DNA from: Thermotogota bacterium
GTDB taxonomy: Bacteria > Thermotogota > Thermotogae > Petrotogales > Kosmotogaceae
DNA: 22,377 nucleotides
Direction of reading: 5' to 3'
Assembly: GCA_034660555.1 (NCBI GenBank)
Contig: JAYEJL010000019.1
Coordinates: forward strand, 1-22,377
Every line of letters starts with the position of its first letter. The first letter of the stretch is position 1. Shown here in pieces: positions 8,314-17,116 of this stretch. The notes below the pieces were generated by a model that worked only from the letters and a program-made list of their open reading frames with translations, did not search any database and was not told the DNA's origin. Both the position numbers and the translations under genes were made by a program.

Positions 8314-10314
8314 GTGAACCAGAAACCCAGAATTGGTATGATTCTCTTTTATGTAATTTTTGGTATTTTTCTGATTCTGGCCTTAAGAGGATTATATCCT
8401 TCAGATACAAAAGAAACAGTTATGTACAGTGAATTTGTAGATGATATTAAATCAAACAAAATAGATAGAATGGTTGTTTATGAAGATGGAAAGATAACAT
8501 ATACATTAACCACTGATACTCAACAGCGAGCCATAGAAACTTATGTTGCCCCACAAATGATTACTACAGACAAATTTCAGAACCTTCTTGATGAGCTTTC
8601 CAATAATAGAGTAAGGGTGAAATTTGAACCTTCAGGAAGTTCAATGTTTTGGGTAAACATCCTGGGCACAATAATTCCTCTTGCAATTATAATTTTCATC
8701 TGGTTCTTTGCAATGAGATCGTTCTCAGGAAGAAATTCTCAAGCGTTCAGCTTTACGAAAAGTCCTGCAAAAAAATATTTGGCAAATGAACAAAAAGTTA
8801 CCTTCAAAGATGTAGCAGGTGTAGATGAAGCCAAGGAAGAATTGGAGATAACAGTTAAATATCTAAAAAATCCTGACCTCTTTAAAGGAACAGGTGCCAG
8901 AATGCCCAAAGGTGTGCTTCTTGTTGGAAAACCCGGTACGGGAAAAACCCTTCTTGCACGAGCAGTTGCTGGAGAGGCCGATGTGCCTTTTTATTTCATT
9001 AGTGGTTCTGATTTTGTTGAATTATTTGTAGGTGTTGGAGCTGCTAGGGTGCGTGATTTGTTCAATCATGCAAAACAAAGTGCTCCTGCAATTATTTTTA
9101 TCGACGAGCTTGATGCTGTAGGAAGACAAAGAGGTGCTGGTCTTGGTGGAGGCCATGATGAGCGCGAACAAACATTAAACCAAATACTTGTAGAGATGGA
9201 TGGATTTGACCCAAAAACTGATGTGATTATCATGGCAGCAACAAACAGACCCGATATTTTAGACCATGCACTCCTCAGACCTGGTAGATTCGACAAAAAA
9301 GTAGTTATTGATCCACCTGATGTAAAAGGTCGTGAGGAAATATTAAAGATTCACATGCGCGGAAAACCAGTAGACCCGGATGTAGATGTTAAGTTGCTTG
9401 CAAGAAGAACACCTGGTTTTGTGGGTGCAGATCTGGAAAATCTTGTAAATGAAGCAGCTATTCTTGCAGCCAAAAAGGAAGCCCGTTTAATAACGTTGCA
9501 TGACTTTGAGGAAGCAATAGACAGGGTAATAGCAGGTCCCGCAAAAAGATCAAGGATAATGAATCCTAAAGAAAAACGGATCATTGCTTATCATGAGCTA
9601 GGGCACGCAATAGTTGGACTTTCTTTACCGAACGCGAATCCAGTTCACAAAGTCACTGTAATACCGAGAGGGGCTTCGACTCTTGGTTATACAGAAAGCC
9701 TTCCAGCTGAAGACAAATATATCGTCTCAAAAAGTGAATTAATGGATAATCTATCTCAAATGTTGGGAGGTCGTGCTGCAGAAGAACTCGTGTTTCATGA
9801 GATAACTACTGGAGCAGCGAACGATCTAGATAGAGCTTCTGATATTGCCAGAAGAATGATATGCCAGCTTGGTATGAGTAAAAAACTCGGACCAATATCA
9901 TGGGGCAGAGAAGAAAATGAAGTATTTCTCGGAAAAGAATTGACAAGAATGAGAAATTATAGTGAAGAGATTGCAAGTGAAATAGATAACGAAGTAAAAC
10001 AGGTAATAATGGATACATATGAAAAAGCAAAGGAAATTTTGGAAAAATATAAAGAAAAACTCGATGAAGCCGCTGATAAATTAATTGATCAGGAAACAAT
10101 TACAGGGAAAGAGCTTGCTAAAATAATTGGACTTGAAGAAGAGGGCAACTACTACAGAGAAAATGAACTAGAAGGAGATAATGATCAGACAAAAGAAAAT
10201 GATGAAAATAATGAAGAAGAAACAAAAGAACAGAGTGGTACCGAAGTAGTTTCAGAAAATGATAAAGAGAAAGACAAAGAAGATGATGGAAATGGAAAAA
10301 CTAAGAGATCTTAA
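8314..10314 (+). CDS. ftsH: ATP-dependent zinc metalloprotease FtsH
   Basis: Two TM helices, Walker A GKPGTGKT, Walker [34 protein letters not shown] zinc motif. Start placed at GTG 8314 after SD AAGGAGGT. Acidic C-terminal tail. Confidence 0.98.
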   Translation: MNQKPRIGMILFYVIFGIFLILALRGLYPSDTKETVMYSEFVDDIKSNKIDRMVVYEDGKITYTLTTDTQQRAIETYVAPQMITTDKFQNLLDELSNNRVRVKFEPSGSSMFWVNILGTIIPLAIIIFIWFFAMRSFSGRNSQAFSFTKSPAKKYLANEQKVTFKDVAGVDEAKEELEITVKYLKNPDLFKGTGARMPKGVLLVGKPGTGKTLLARAVAGEADVPFYFISGSDFVELFVGVGAARVRDLFNHAKQSAPAIIFIDELDAVGRQRGAGLGGGHDEREQTLNQILVEMDGFDPKTDVIIMAATNRPDILDHALLRPGRFDKKVVIDPPDVKGREEILKIHMRGKPVDPDVDVKLLARRTPGFVGADLENLVNEAAILAAKKEARLITLHDFEEAIDRVIAGPAKRSRIMNPKEKRIIAYHELGHAIVGLSLPNANPVHKVTVIPRGASTLGYTESLPAEDKYIVSKSELMDNLSQMLGGRAAEELVFHEITTGAANDLDRASDIARRMICQLGMSKKLGPISWGREENEVFLGKELTRMRNYSEEIASEIDNEVKQVIMDTYEKAKEILEKYKEKLDEAADKLIDQETITGKELAKIIGLEEEGNYYRENELEGDNDQTKENDENNEEETKEQSGTEVVSENDKEKDKEDDGNGKTKRS

Positions 10315-10684
10315 AAACAAGATTGATAGTTTTACGCTGAGTCTTGATGAACCAGAGTTAAAATGGGATGAATACTCAAATGTAGTTGTTTTTGATTTGC
10401 TATCAACTAGTGGTTTAATGAAACTTATATACAGATGTTCACTAGAAATGCTGTCAGAACACATAGATGGAAATACAATTTTCGTTGTATCTAAAACCAG
10501 GGTTGAACATGAGAACCCTGCAAAATTAAATGAAGATCTCGTTATAGAATTAAGAATCAAGGACGTCAAAAACAATAGAATATATTTTGCTGGGAATGCG
10601 AAACAACACAACAAAAATATCGCAACCTTTAGTTTAGAAAGAGTTGCAGTGTCTATGGAGTATTTTGGGAGAATGATTAAGTGA
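10292..10684 (+). CDS. Hot-dog-fold thioesterase-like protein (FlK-like)
   Basis: LLSTSGLMKL helix, VEHENPA, and beta-strand pattern like fluoroacetyl-CoA thioesterase. Start uncertain (ATG at 10283, 10286 or 10292); overlaps the ftsH end. Confidence 0.6.
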   Translation: MEKLRDLKNKIDSFTLSLDEPELKWDEYSNVVVFDLLSTSGLMKLIYRCSLEMLSEHIDGNTIFVVSKTRVEHENPAKLNEDLVIELRIKDVKNNRIYFAGNAKQHNKNIATFSLERVAVSMEYFGRMIK

Positions 10685-12126
10685 GAAGGCCTAGAGAAGA
10701 AAAGGCCTGGAAAGAGTACCAGTTGGTTTTGAAATACAGAGAATCTGAACGCTTTTTAGAGGATATTCAGATTTCGGGAAATTTAGCGACAGCACTGATA
10801 TATCCGAATTCATATCCTATAGCAAGTTCTAGCTTATCGTTCCATGAATTGTTTAAGAGTCTCAATCAATCAAGAAATATTAACTGTGAGCGATTTTTTT
10901 ACGAAAGGTCTTTCAAAAGGTTTTTTTCACTGGATACATTAAAACGACTTGATGAATTCAGGATATGGGCTTTTAGTATTCATTATGAAACCGATGTACT
11001 AAATTTTGTGGATATTTTGAAGAATTTTAAGATTCCTCTCAGGAAAGAGGAAAGAGGTCTCTATCATCCGGTGATAATTGTAGGAGGAGCATTAACCTAT
11101 TCCAAGAATGTACTTTTGGATAGAATAGCGGATTTTGTTTACAAAGGAGATCTTGAGAGTTCTTTTTTAGAAGTATTTTGGTCTTTGAAAAGTTCTCTTA
11201 ATAGAAAGGAAATCGCTGATAAATTAACGAAATGTGATTCTGCCAATCCAGCAATTAGTAATTATCTATCGAAAAGCAGTTTTCTTTCATGGCATTCTTC
11301 ATTTTCAAATAGGTTACTTATAGAGATTGGTAGAGGTTGTAAAAGAAAATGCAAGTTTTGTTCTGTGGGATATTCTTTTGGAAAAGCTCGGTTTGCTTCG
11401 ATAAAACAAATAGAAAAGATTATATCTACTTTCGTTAATATTACGAAAAGAGTAGGGTTTGTTGCAGCTACCGTAACTGATTATCCATATCTTGAACAAT
11501 TACTCAACCTGATAGAGAAGTATGACATTGAGCCATCTTTTTCTTCGTTACGAGCGGATTCATTAACTGAAGAACTTTTAACATTATTAAAAAGAGGCGG
11601 GCAAAATCAATTTACAATTGCACCTGAAGGTGGAAATCAAAGAATTAGAAATCTATTTTCGAAGGGAATCGATTTATATCACATAGATAATGCTTTGAGC
11701 CTGGGGATTAAAGCGGGTTTTGAAGCCATAAAAATGTATTTTATATATGGAGCGATTTTTGAATCAGAAGATGATAGAAAAGGTATTGTTCAGGTTGTAA
11801 AACAGGCCAGGAAGAAAGGTTATAAAAGGATAATTGTTAGCCTTAATCCTTTGATACCAAAGCCTAGAACTGCCTTTTATAATTTACCAATGACTGGTAT
11901 GAAAGAATTGAAGAAAATGGAAAAAACGCTTAGAAGAGATTTACATGATATACCTGGCGTTAAAACAATTTTTGAAAGTGTTAAGCAATCGATTATTCAG
12001 TATGGTATAGCAAATATGGAGCAGGATTCAGTTGAAGACACAGTGGATATTCTGGAAAATGAAAAAGGTATTGAAAGTTACTTATTAAAATATGCGGAGC
12101 ACATCAATTCATTAAGGAAGGAGTGA
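10681..12126 (+). CDS. Uncharacterised radical SAM protein (TIGR03960-like, with N-terminal B12-binding-like region)
   Basis: EIGRGCKRKCKFC (CxxxCxxC), SSLRAD, TIAPEGG, KMYFIYG, IPKPRT; N-terminal ALIYPNSY...CERFF and IIVGG. Confidence 0.85.
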   Translation: MRRPREEKAWKEYQLVLKYRESERFLEDIQISGNLATALIYPNSYPIASSSLSFHELFKSLNQSRNINCERFFYERSFKRFFSLDTLKRLDEFRIWAFSIHYETDVLNFVDILKNFKIPLRKEERGLYHPVIIVGGALTYSKNVLLDRIADFVYKGDLESSFLEVFWSLKSSLNRKEIADKLTKCDSANPAISNYLSKSSFLSWHSSFSNRLLIEIGRGCKRKCKFCSVGYSFGKARFASIKQIEKIISTFVNITKRVGFVAATVTDYPYLEQLLNLIEKYDIEPSFSSLRADSLTEELLTLLKRGGQNQFTIAPEGGNQRIRNLFSKGIDLYHIDNALSLGIKAGFEAIKMYFIYGAIFESEDDRKGIVQVVKQARKKGYKRIIVSLNPLIPKPRTAFYNLPMTGMKELKKMEKTLRRDLHDIPGVKTIFESVKQSIIQYGIANMEQDSVEDTVDILENEKGIESYLLKYAEHINSLRKE

Positions 12127-12131
12127 AGAAA

Positions 12132-12851
12132 ATGGCAAAAAAGAATATTCTTGTAATCGATGACGAACCTTCGATAGTAGAGTTGCTGACGTTTAACTTG
12201 AAAAAAGAAGGCTACGATATTCTTAAAGCTTATGATGCCGAAGAAGCATTGAAAATCGCCAAAGATAGTGATATTGACATGTTTATCGTAGATATTATGT
12301 TACCCAGAATGGATGGTTTTGAACTTGTTAGAACATTAAGGGGAATGGAGAAATATCGAAGAACACCAGTTATATTTCTAAGCGCCAAGAGTGAAGAGTT
12401 TGATAAGGTTCTCGGGCTTGAACTTGGAGCTGACGATTATATAACAAAACCTTTTAGTGTAAGGGAAGTTCTTGCGAGAATCAGGGCTGTTTTTAGAAGA
12501 ATCCAGCAGAGTGTTCAGGCAAAGGAAGAAAGGCCGAAGAAAATTACAGCACGAGACCTGGAGATAGATACAGAAAAATACGAGGTTAGAGTTAGAGGTA
12601 AACTGGTTAGCCTAACTCCTCTGGAATTTGAGTTGCTCAGATTTCTTGCAGAAAACGAAGGCAAAGTTTTTAGCAGAGATGTCTTGCTTGATAAATTGTG
12701 GGGATATGATTATTATGGTGACACGAGGACGGTTGATGTTCATATCAGAAGACTTAGAACAAAAATTGAAGAAGACCCATCTAATCCAAGATACATTATT
12801 ACAGTGAGAGGAAAGGGATACAAGTTTAGAGATCCTGGAAAGGAAGTATAA
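12132..12851 (+). CDS. drrA: OmpR/PhoB-family response regulator, Thermotoga DrrA-like
   Basis: Receiver domain (IDDE, VDIMLP, KPF) plus winged helix (RTVDVHIRRLRTKIE, TVRGKGY). Very close to T. maritima DrrA as I recall it. Start placed at ATG 12132 after AAGGAG. Confidence 0.9.
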   Translation: MAKKNILVIDDEPSIVELLTFNLKKEGYDILKAYDAEEALKIAKDSDIDMFIVDIMLPRMDGFELVRTLRGMEKYRRTPVIFLSAKSEEFDKVLGLELGADDYITKPFSVREVLARIRAVFRRIQQSVQAKEERPKKITARDLEIDTEKYEVRVRGKLVSLTPLEFELLRFLAENEGKVFSRDVLLDKLWGYDYYGDTRTVDVHIRRLRTKIEEDPSNPRYIITVRGKGYKFRDPGKEV

Positions 12852-12856
12852 TTACA

Positions 12857-14110
12857 TTGTACATTCTTGTTATTATATTAGCAGCGCTTTCAGCGCTGCT
12901 ATTATATGCATTTCTAGCCTTACGAAGGAAATTGTCTGTTTATAATAAGGCAAGGAAAAGATATGCGAAGCTACTTGATATTCCAGAAAACTCCGAGTCT
13001 ATTTACATATATCATCAATTGAGAAAAAAACTTGCTGCTAAAAATCGTGAGATTGATCTGGTAAAAAGAAAATTAGAATACTTTTCTCTGGTATTGAACA
13101 GTCTTGGCGAAGCCCTATTCATAGTAAATGATGAAGGGAAGGTAAATTACTTCAACAAATCAGCAAGAGAAATAACGAAGATTCCTGAACCGATGAGCCG
13201 TAAAATAAGTGAAGTTATTGATAATTACAACATTACTGATTTGCTTGATGATGTAATAAAGAATGATGAAGCCCAAAAAGCTGAAATCGTGATTTTTTTG
13301 CCAAAGAGAAGGTATTATGAATGCCAGATTATCCCTGTAATTTATGGGGATGAGAACAATTATATGATTTTACTGAGAGATATCACAAAGGAACGAGAAA
13401 TTGACGAGATGAGAAGAGAATTTATTTCAAACGCTTCTCACGAGCTGAAAACACCTTTAACTTCTATTCATGGTTATGCAGAAACACTGATGGATATGGA
13501 GCTTGGTGATGAAAGTGGTGTTGTAAAACAGTTTGTCAGTATCATTGAGAAGGAATCCGGTCGGATGACTCGTTTAATTAATGATCTTCTAGATCTTGAA
13601 AAACTTGAATCGGGTAATACAGGGTTTGAAATGGAAAATGTAAATCTTGATGAGGTACTTGAATATGTGAATGAGATCATTGAACCACTTGCTGAAGAAT
13701 CAGGAGTTGAACTAATCTATGATACCGGTGATGCTATTGCTTTGCGGGGGGATTTTGACAGATTGGTTCAACTATTGTTGAATTTAACCGATAATGCGAT
13801 AAAATATACCACCGTAAAGGAACATGGAGAAAAGAAAGTTTGGATAAGAACCTGGATCGAAGAAGAGAATGCAGTAATACAGGTTCAAGATACAGGAATA
13901 GGGATACCTAAAGAAGCAAAAGAGAGAGTTTTTAGTAGATTTTTCAGAGTTGATAAGGCACGTTCAAGAAGTATGGGAGGAACAGGATTGGGGCTGGCAA
14001 TAGTTCATTTTATTGCTGAAAAACACAACGGAGAGGTGATTATGGAAAGCGAATTTGGTAAAGGTACAACATTTACTGTCAAGCTTCCGATTAAGGAGGT
14101 GTCATCATGA
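12857..14110 (+). CDS. hpkA: Sensor histidine kinase, HpkA-like (PhoR/WalK group)
   Basis: Single N-terminal TM, coiled coil, PAS-like region, H box SHELKTPL, N box NAIKY, DTGIGI, GGTGLGL; follows drrA. TTG start. Confidence 0.88.
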   Translation: MYILVIILAALSALLLYAFLALRRKLSVYNKARKRYAKLLDIPENSESIYIYHQLRKKLAAKNREIDLVKRKLEYFSLVLNSLGEALFIVNDEGKVNYFNKSAREITKIPEPMSRKISEVIDNYNITDLLDDVIKNDEAQKAEIVIFLPKRRYYECQIIPVIYGDENNYMILLRDITKEREIDEMRREFISNASHELKTPLTSIHGYAETLMDMELGDESGVVKQFVSIIEKESGRMTRLINDLLDLEKLESGNTGFEMENVNLDEVLEYVNEIIEPLAEESGVELIYDTGDAIALRGDFDRLVQLLLNLTDNAIKYTTVKEHGEKKVWIRTWIEEENAVIQVQDTGIGIPKEAKERVFSRFFRVDKARSRSMGGTGLGLAIVHFIAEKHNGEVIMESEFGKGTTFTVKLPIKEVSS

Positions 14111-15408
14111 GAATGTACGATTTGATTAAGAAAAAACGTGATAATGAAGAGAATACCAGGGAAGAACTGGCGGAAATTATCAACGGTTATGTTGAAGGCA
14201 GAATACCTGATTACCAGGTTTCTGCATGGTTGATGGCTGTTTATTTCAATCATCTTTCACCCGGTGAAAGATACAATTTAACTGAAATTATGGCCGAATC
14301 AGGTGACAGAATAGATTTAAGCAAACTTGATGGTATAAAAGTTGATAAGCATTCAACTGGTGGTGTTGGGGATAAGGTTACACTTATTATAGGACCGATT
14401 GCAGCGTCTTTGGGACTCACATTTGCAAAGCTTTCCGGAAGAGGTCTTGGACATACAGGGGGCACAATTGATAAGTTAGAATCAATACCGGGTTTCAGAA
14501 CTTCCTTGAGTGAAAAAGAGTTTATAGAGAATGTAAAAAAACACGGTATAGCAGTGGTAGGACAAACAGGAAAGATAGCTCCAGCGGACAAAAAATTATA
14601 CGCATTGCGGGATGTCACCGCTACAGTTGATGAAATATCTTTAATAGCTTCCAGTATCATGAGCAAAAAACTTTCTATTGGGTCAGATTTAATAATACTT
14701 GATGTTAAGACAGGTAACGGTGCATTTATGAAGGATGTATCAGAAGCTATGGTTTTGGCTGAAGCAATGATTGACATAGGAAAAAGACATGGAAGAATTA
14801 TGGGAGCTATAGTAAGCGATATGAATCAGCCACTTGGTAAAGCTGTAGGTAATTCTCTTGAAGTAAAAGAAGCTATTGAAACATTGAAGGGTGATGGCCC
14901 TGAAGATTTGAGCAAAATATGCAAGACAATTACTTCTAGAATGCTTCAATTAGCAAAAAACATTGAGAAAGCTAAAGCAGATGAAATGATAGATAATGTA
15001 ATAGATTCTGGAGAAGCAATAAAGAAATTTGAAGAATTTATTATAGCTCAGGGTGGTACTTCTGAAATCAGAAATAAGGGATCTAAAGTTCTTCCAGAAG
15101 CGAAGAACAAAGAGAGCGTATGTTCCAATAAGTCTGGCTACATTAAATACATTCAGACTGAAAACATTGGACTTGCGTCAATGTTGTTGGGTGCAGGTCG
15201 TATGAGAAAAGAAGATAGTATTGACCCATCGGTTGGCATAGTTATTGAGAAAAAGATAGGTGACTATGTTGAAAAAGGTGATAGTCTGGCAAAAATATTT
15301 TTTAATGATAGAGAAAAATACATGGAGTCTGTGAAACTTATAAAAGATTCTTTTGAAGTATCAGATGAGCATGTAGAAAAGCAGCGATTGATTTATAAAA
15401 TTTATTAA
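14107..15408 (+). CDS. pdp: Pyrimidine-nucleoside phosphorylase
   Basis: DKHSTGGVGDK, SGRGLGHTGGTIDKLE, ADKKLYALRDVT, ASSIMSKK. Confidence 0.97.
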   Translation: MRMYDLIKKKRDNEENTREELAEIINGYVEGRIPDYQVSAWLMAVYFNHLSPGERYNLTEIMAESGDRIDLSKLDGIKVDKHSTGGVGDKVTLIIGPIAASLGLTFAKLSGRGLGHTGGTIDKLESIPGFRTSLSEKEFIENVKKHGIAVVGQTGKIAPADKKLYALRDVTATVDEISLIASSIMSKKLSIGSDLIILDVKTGNGAFMKDVSEAMVLAEAMIDIGKRHGRIMGAIVSDMNQPLGKAVGNSLEVKEAIETLKGDGPEDLSKICKTITSRMLQLAKNIEKAKADEMIDNVIDSGEAIKKFEEFIIAQGGTSEIRNKGSKVLPEAKNKESVCSNKSGYIKYIQTENIGLASMLLGAGRMRKEDSIDPSVGIVIEKKIGDYVEKGDSLAKIFFNDREKYMESVKLIKDSFEVSDEHVEKQRLIYKIY

Positions 15409-15420
15409 GGTGGATTGTTG

Positions 15421-17097
15421 ATGCAGAAAAAATGTTGGTTGATTTTAGGCGTAGTATTATTGATTACCTTTGCAATGGGTTCTAACGATTTAATTTGTCA
15501 TTTGAATGGAGAAAGCAAGCGTTTTGAGGGTTCATTCTTACAAAATTCTTCAAACTATTATGTGGATATCGAAAAAATACTTAATATGTATGAAAGGTCA
15601 TGGATCACCAGGTCCAATGATGGAAAAGAAGCAATGGCAATATTCCCTAATGATACAATAGTAACTTTATATCCCGAAAAAGGCGAAGTATATGTAGAGT
15701 TCGGTCAAAAATATAATAACGCAGTGATTAGTAGAGAAAAGCAGTATTATATGTCTATTGATCTTCTTGATAAATTGCTTTCCGTAAATTCATTTTCGAA
15801 AGATGGATTACTTATTTTGTATGACTACTATCCTGAACTGCTTAACATTGAGAAGAACAGCAGAGAAATAATACTGGAATTTGACACTGAGCTTTTTACA
15901 GATGAATTTGATTTTTGGATCACTGATAATAATTCTGCTGTAATAACAATAAAGCCGGCTAAAACATCTATAACTTCAAAACCAGATGGTGTAGAGATTT
16001 ACAGGGGACAGGAATATGTAAAATTGGTAGCCAGCTGGCAAGAAAAATCCGAAAATCTGCATATATTGAAGGAAGGTAAAAGATTCATCATTAGAAGTGA
16101 GCAGAATTTTGGTAATACAATTACTAATCAAAGTGGTGAAGGTTATGAACTCAGTGTTATAGAAAACTACATAGGTTACAGGAAAATTGCATTAACTCTG
16201 TTAGAAATTGATCCTTCAATTATGGAAATCAAACTGAACATAGCTCAGAATGGCATACCATCAGCTGATAAAATAACATCATTTGGAAGCTGGAATACAT
16301 TTGCTGTAATTAATGGTGGATACTATGACCCTGGCACAAATTACCCCGTTGGTCTGTTAATAAAGAATAATGTTGTAATGAGCTTTCCTTCAAATGATCG
16401 TCCTCTTTTTTACAAAGTTGATGGTGAATATAAAATAGGTAGAATGGATATACAATATATTATTGAAGTGAATGGAAAAAAAGGTATAGTTAACGGTGTT
16501 AATACGCCTTATCGTGGGGGTATTATTGTATATAATGAAAGATTTAATGGCAAAATTCCATATTATGATGAATATACATATATCACTGCTTCAAATAATG
16601 TTGTAACCAATACAGTTTACAATCAAAGAGTTTCCGAAAACTCAGAAATGATAGTTTTGTCTCCCGTTGGAAAACAAAAACTGGGAGAAATAAATAAGGG
16701 TGATAGGATAGATTTTAGCATTTTCAGCCCGGTAAAGGGTGATATTGAGTTTGCAGTGGAAAGTGGCCCTCTAATCATTTACAATAATAGAGTTGTTTCG
16801 GATTTTGAGAGGAATTTTTACAATGAATCTATCCTTGATACCAGAGCACCAAGAACACTTGTTGGGGAGACAAATAGCGGAAATATAGTTTTTATTGTTA
16901 TTGACGGATACCAGTCGCAGAGTTATGGTTTAACCTTTGCAGAAATGATAGAATTTTTTTCGAATAAAAATATTAGACACTTGATGTGTCTTGATGGAGG
17001 ACGTTCCTCAGCTCTTGTAATAAAAGGAAATCTGTTCAATTCTTCTGCATCCGGAGAACCGGTTATTCCGATTGCAATAACAATTGATAGCAAATAG
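15421..17097 (+). CDS. Exported phosphodiester glycosidase family protein (NAGPA/DUF2233 domain)
   Basis: Signal-peptide-like N-terminus; AVINGGYY, APRTLVG, VIDGYQSQSYGLT, CLDGGRSS. ATG 15421 follows AAGGTGGA (alternative TTG 15415). Confidence 0.85.
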   Translation: MQKKCWLILGVVLLITFAMGSNDLICHLNGESKRFEGSFLQNSSNYYVDIEKILNMYERSWITRSNDGKEAMAIFPNDTIVTLYPEKGEVYVEFGQKYNNAVISREKQYYMSIDLLDKLLSVNSFSKDGLLILYDYYPELLNIEKNSREIILEFDTELFTDEFDFWITDNNSAVITIKPAKTSITSKPDGVEIYRGQEYVKLVASWQEKSENLHILKEGKRFIIRSEQNFGNTITNQSGEGYELSVIENYIGYRKIALTLLEIDPSIMEIKLNIAQNGIPSADKITSFGSWNTFAVINGGYYDPGTNYPVGLLIKNNVVMSFPSNDRPLFYKVDGEYKIGRMDIQYIIEVNGKKGIVNGVNTPYRGGIIVYNERFNGKIPYYDEYTYITASNNVVTNTVYNQRVSENSEMIVLSPVGKQKLGEINKGDRIDFSIFSPVKGDIEFAVESGPLIIYNNRVVSDFERNFYNESILDTRAPRTLVGETNSGNIVFIVIDGYQSQSYGLTFAEMIEFFSNKNIRHLMCLDGGRSSALVIKGNLFNSSASGEPVIPIAITIDSK

Positions 17098-17116
17098 TAT
17101 TTGGAGGTGTTAATCA

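Noticed and set aside
14250..14777. 175-aa minus-strand ORF and the other short antisense ORFs in the track
   Set aside because: They lie opposite well-conserved genes and show no recognisable motifs.
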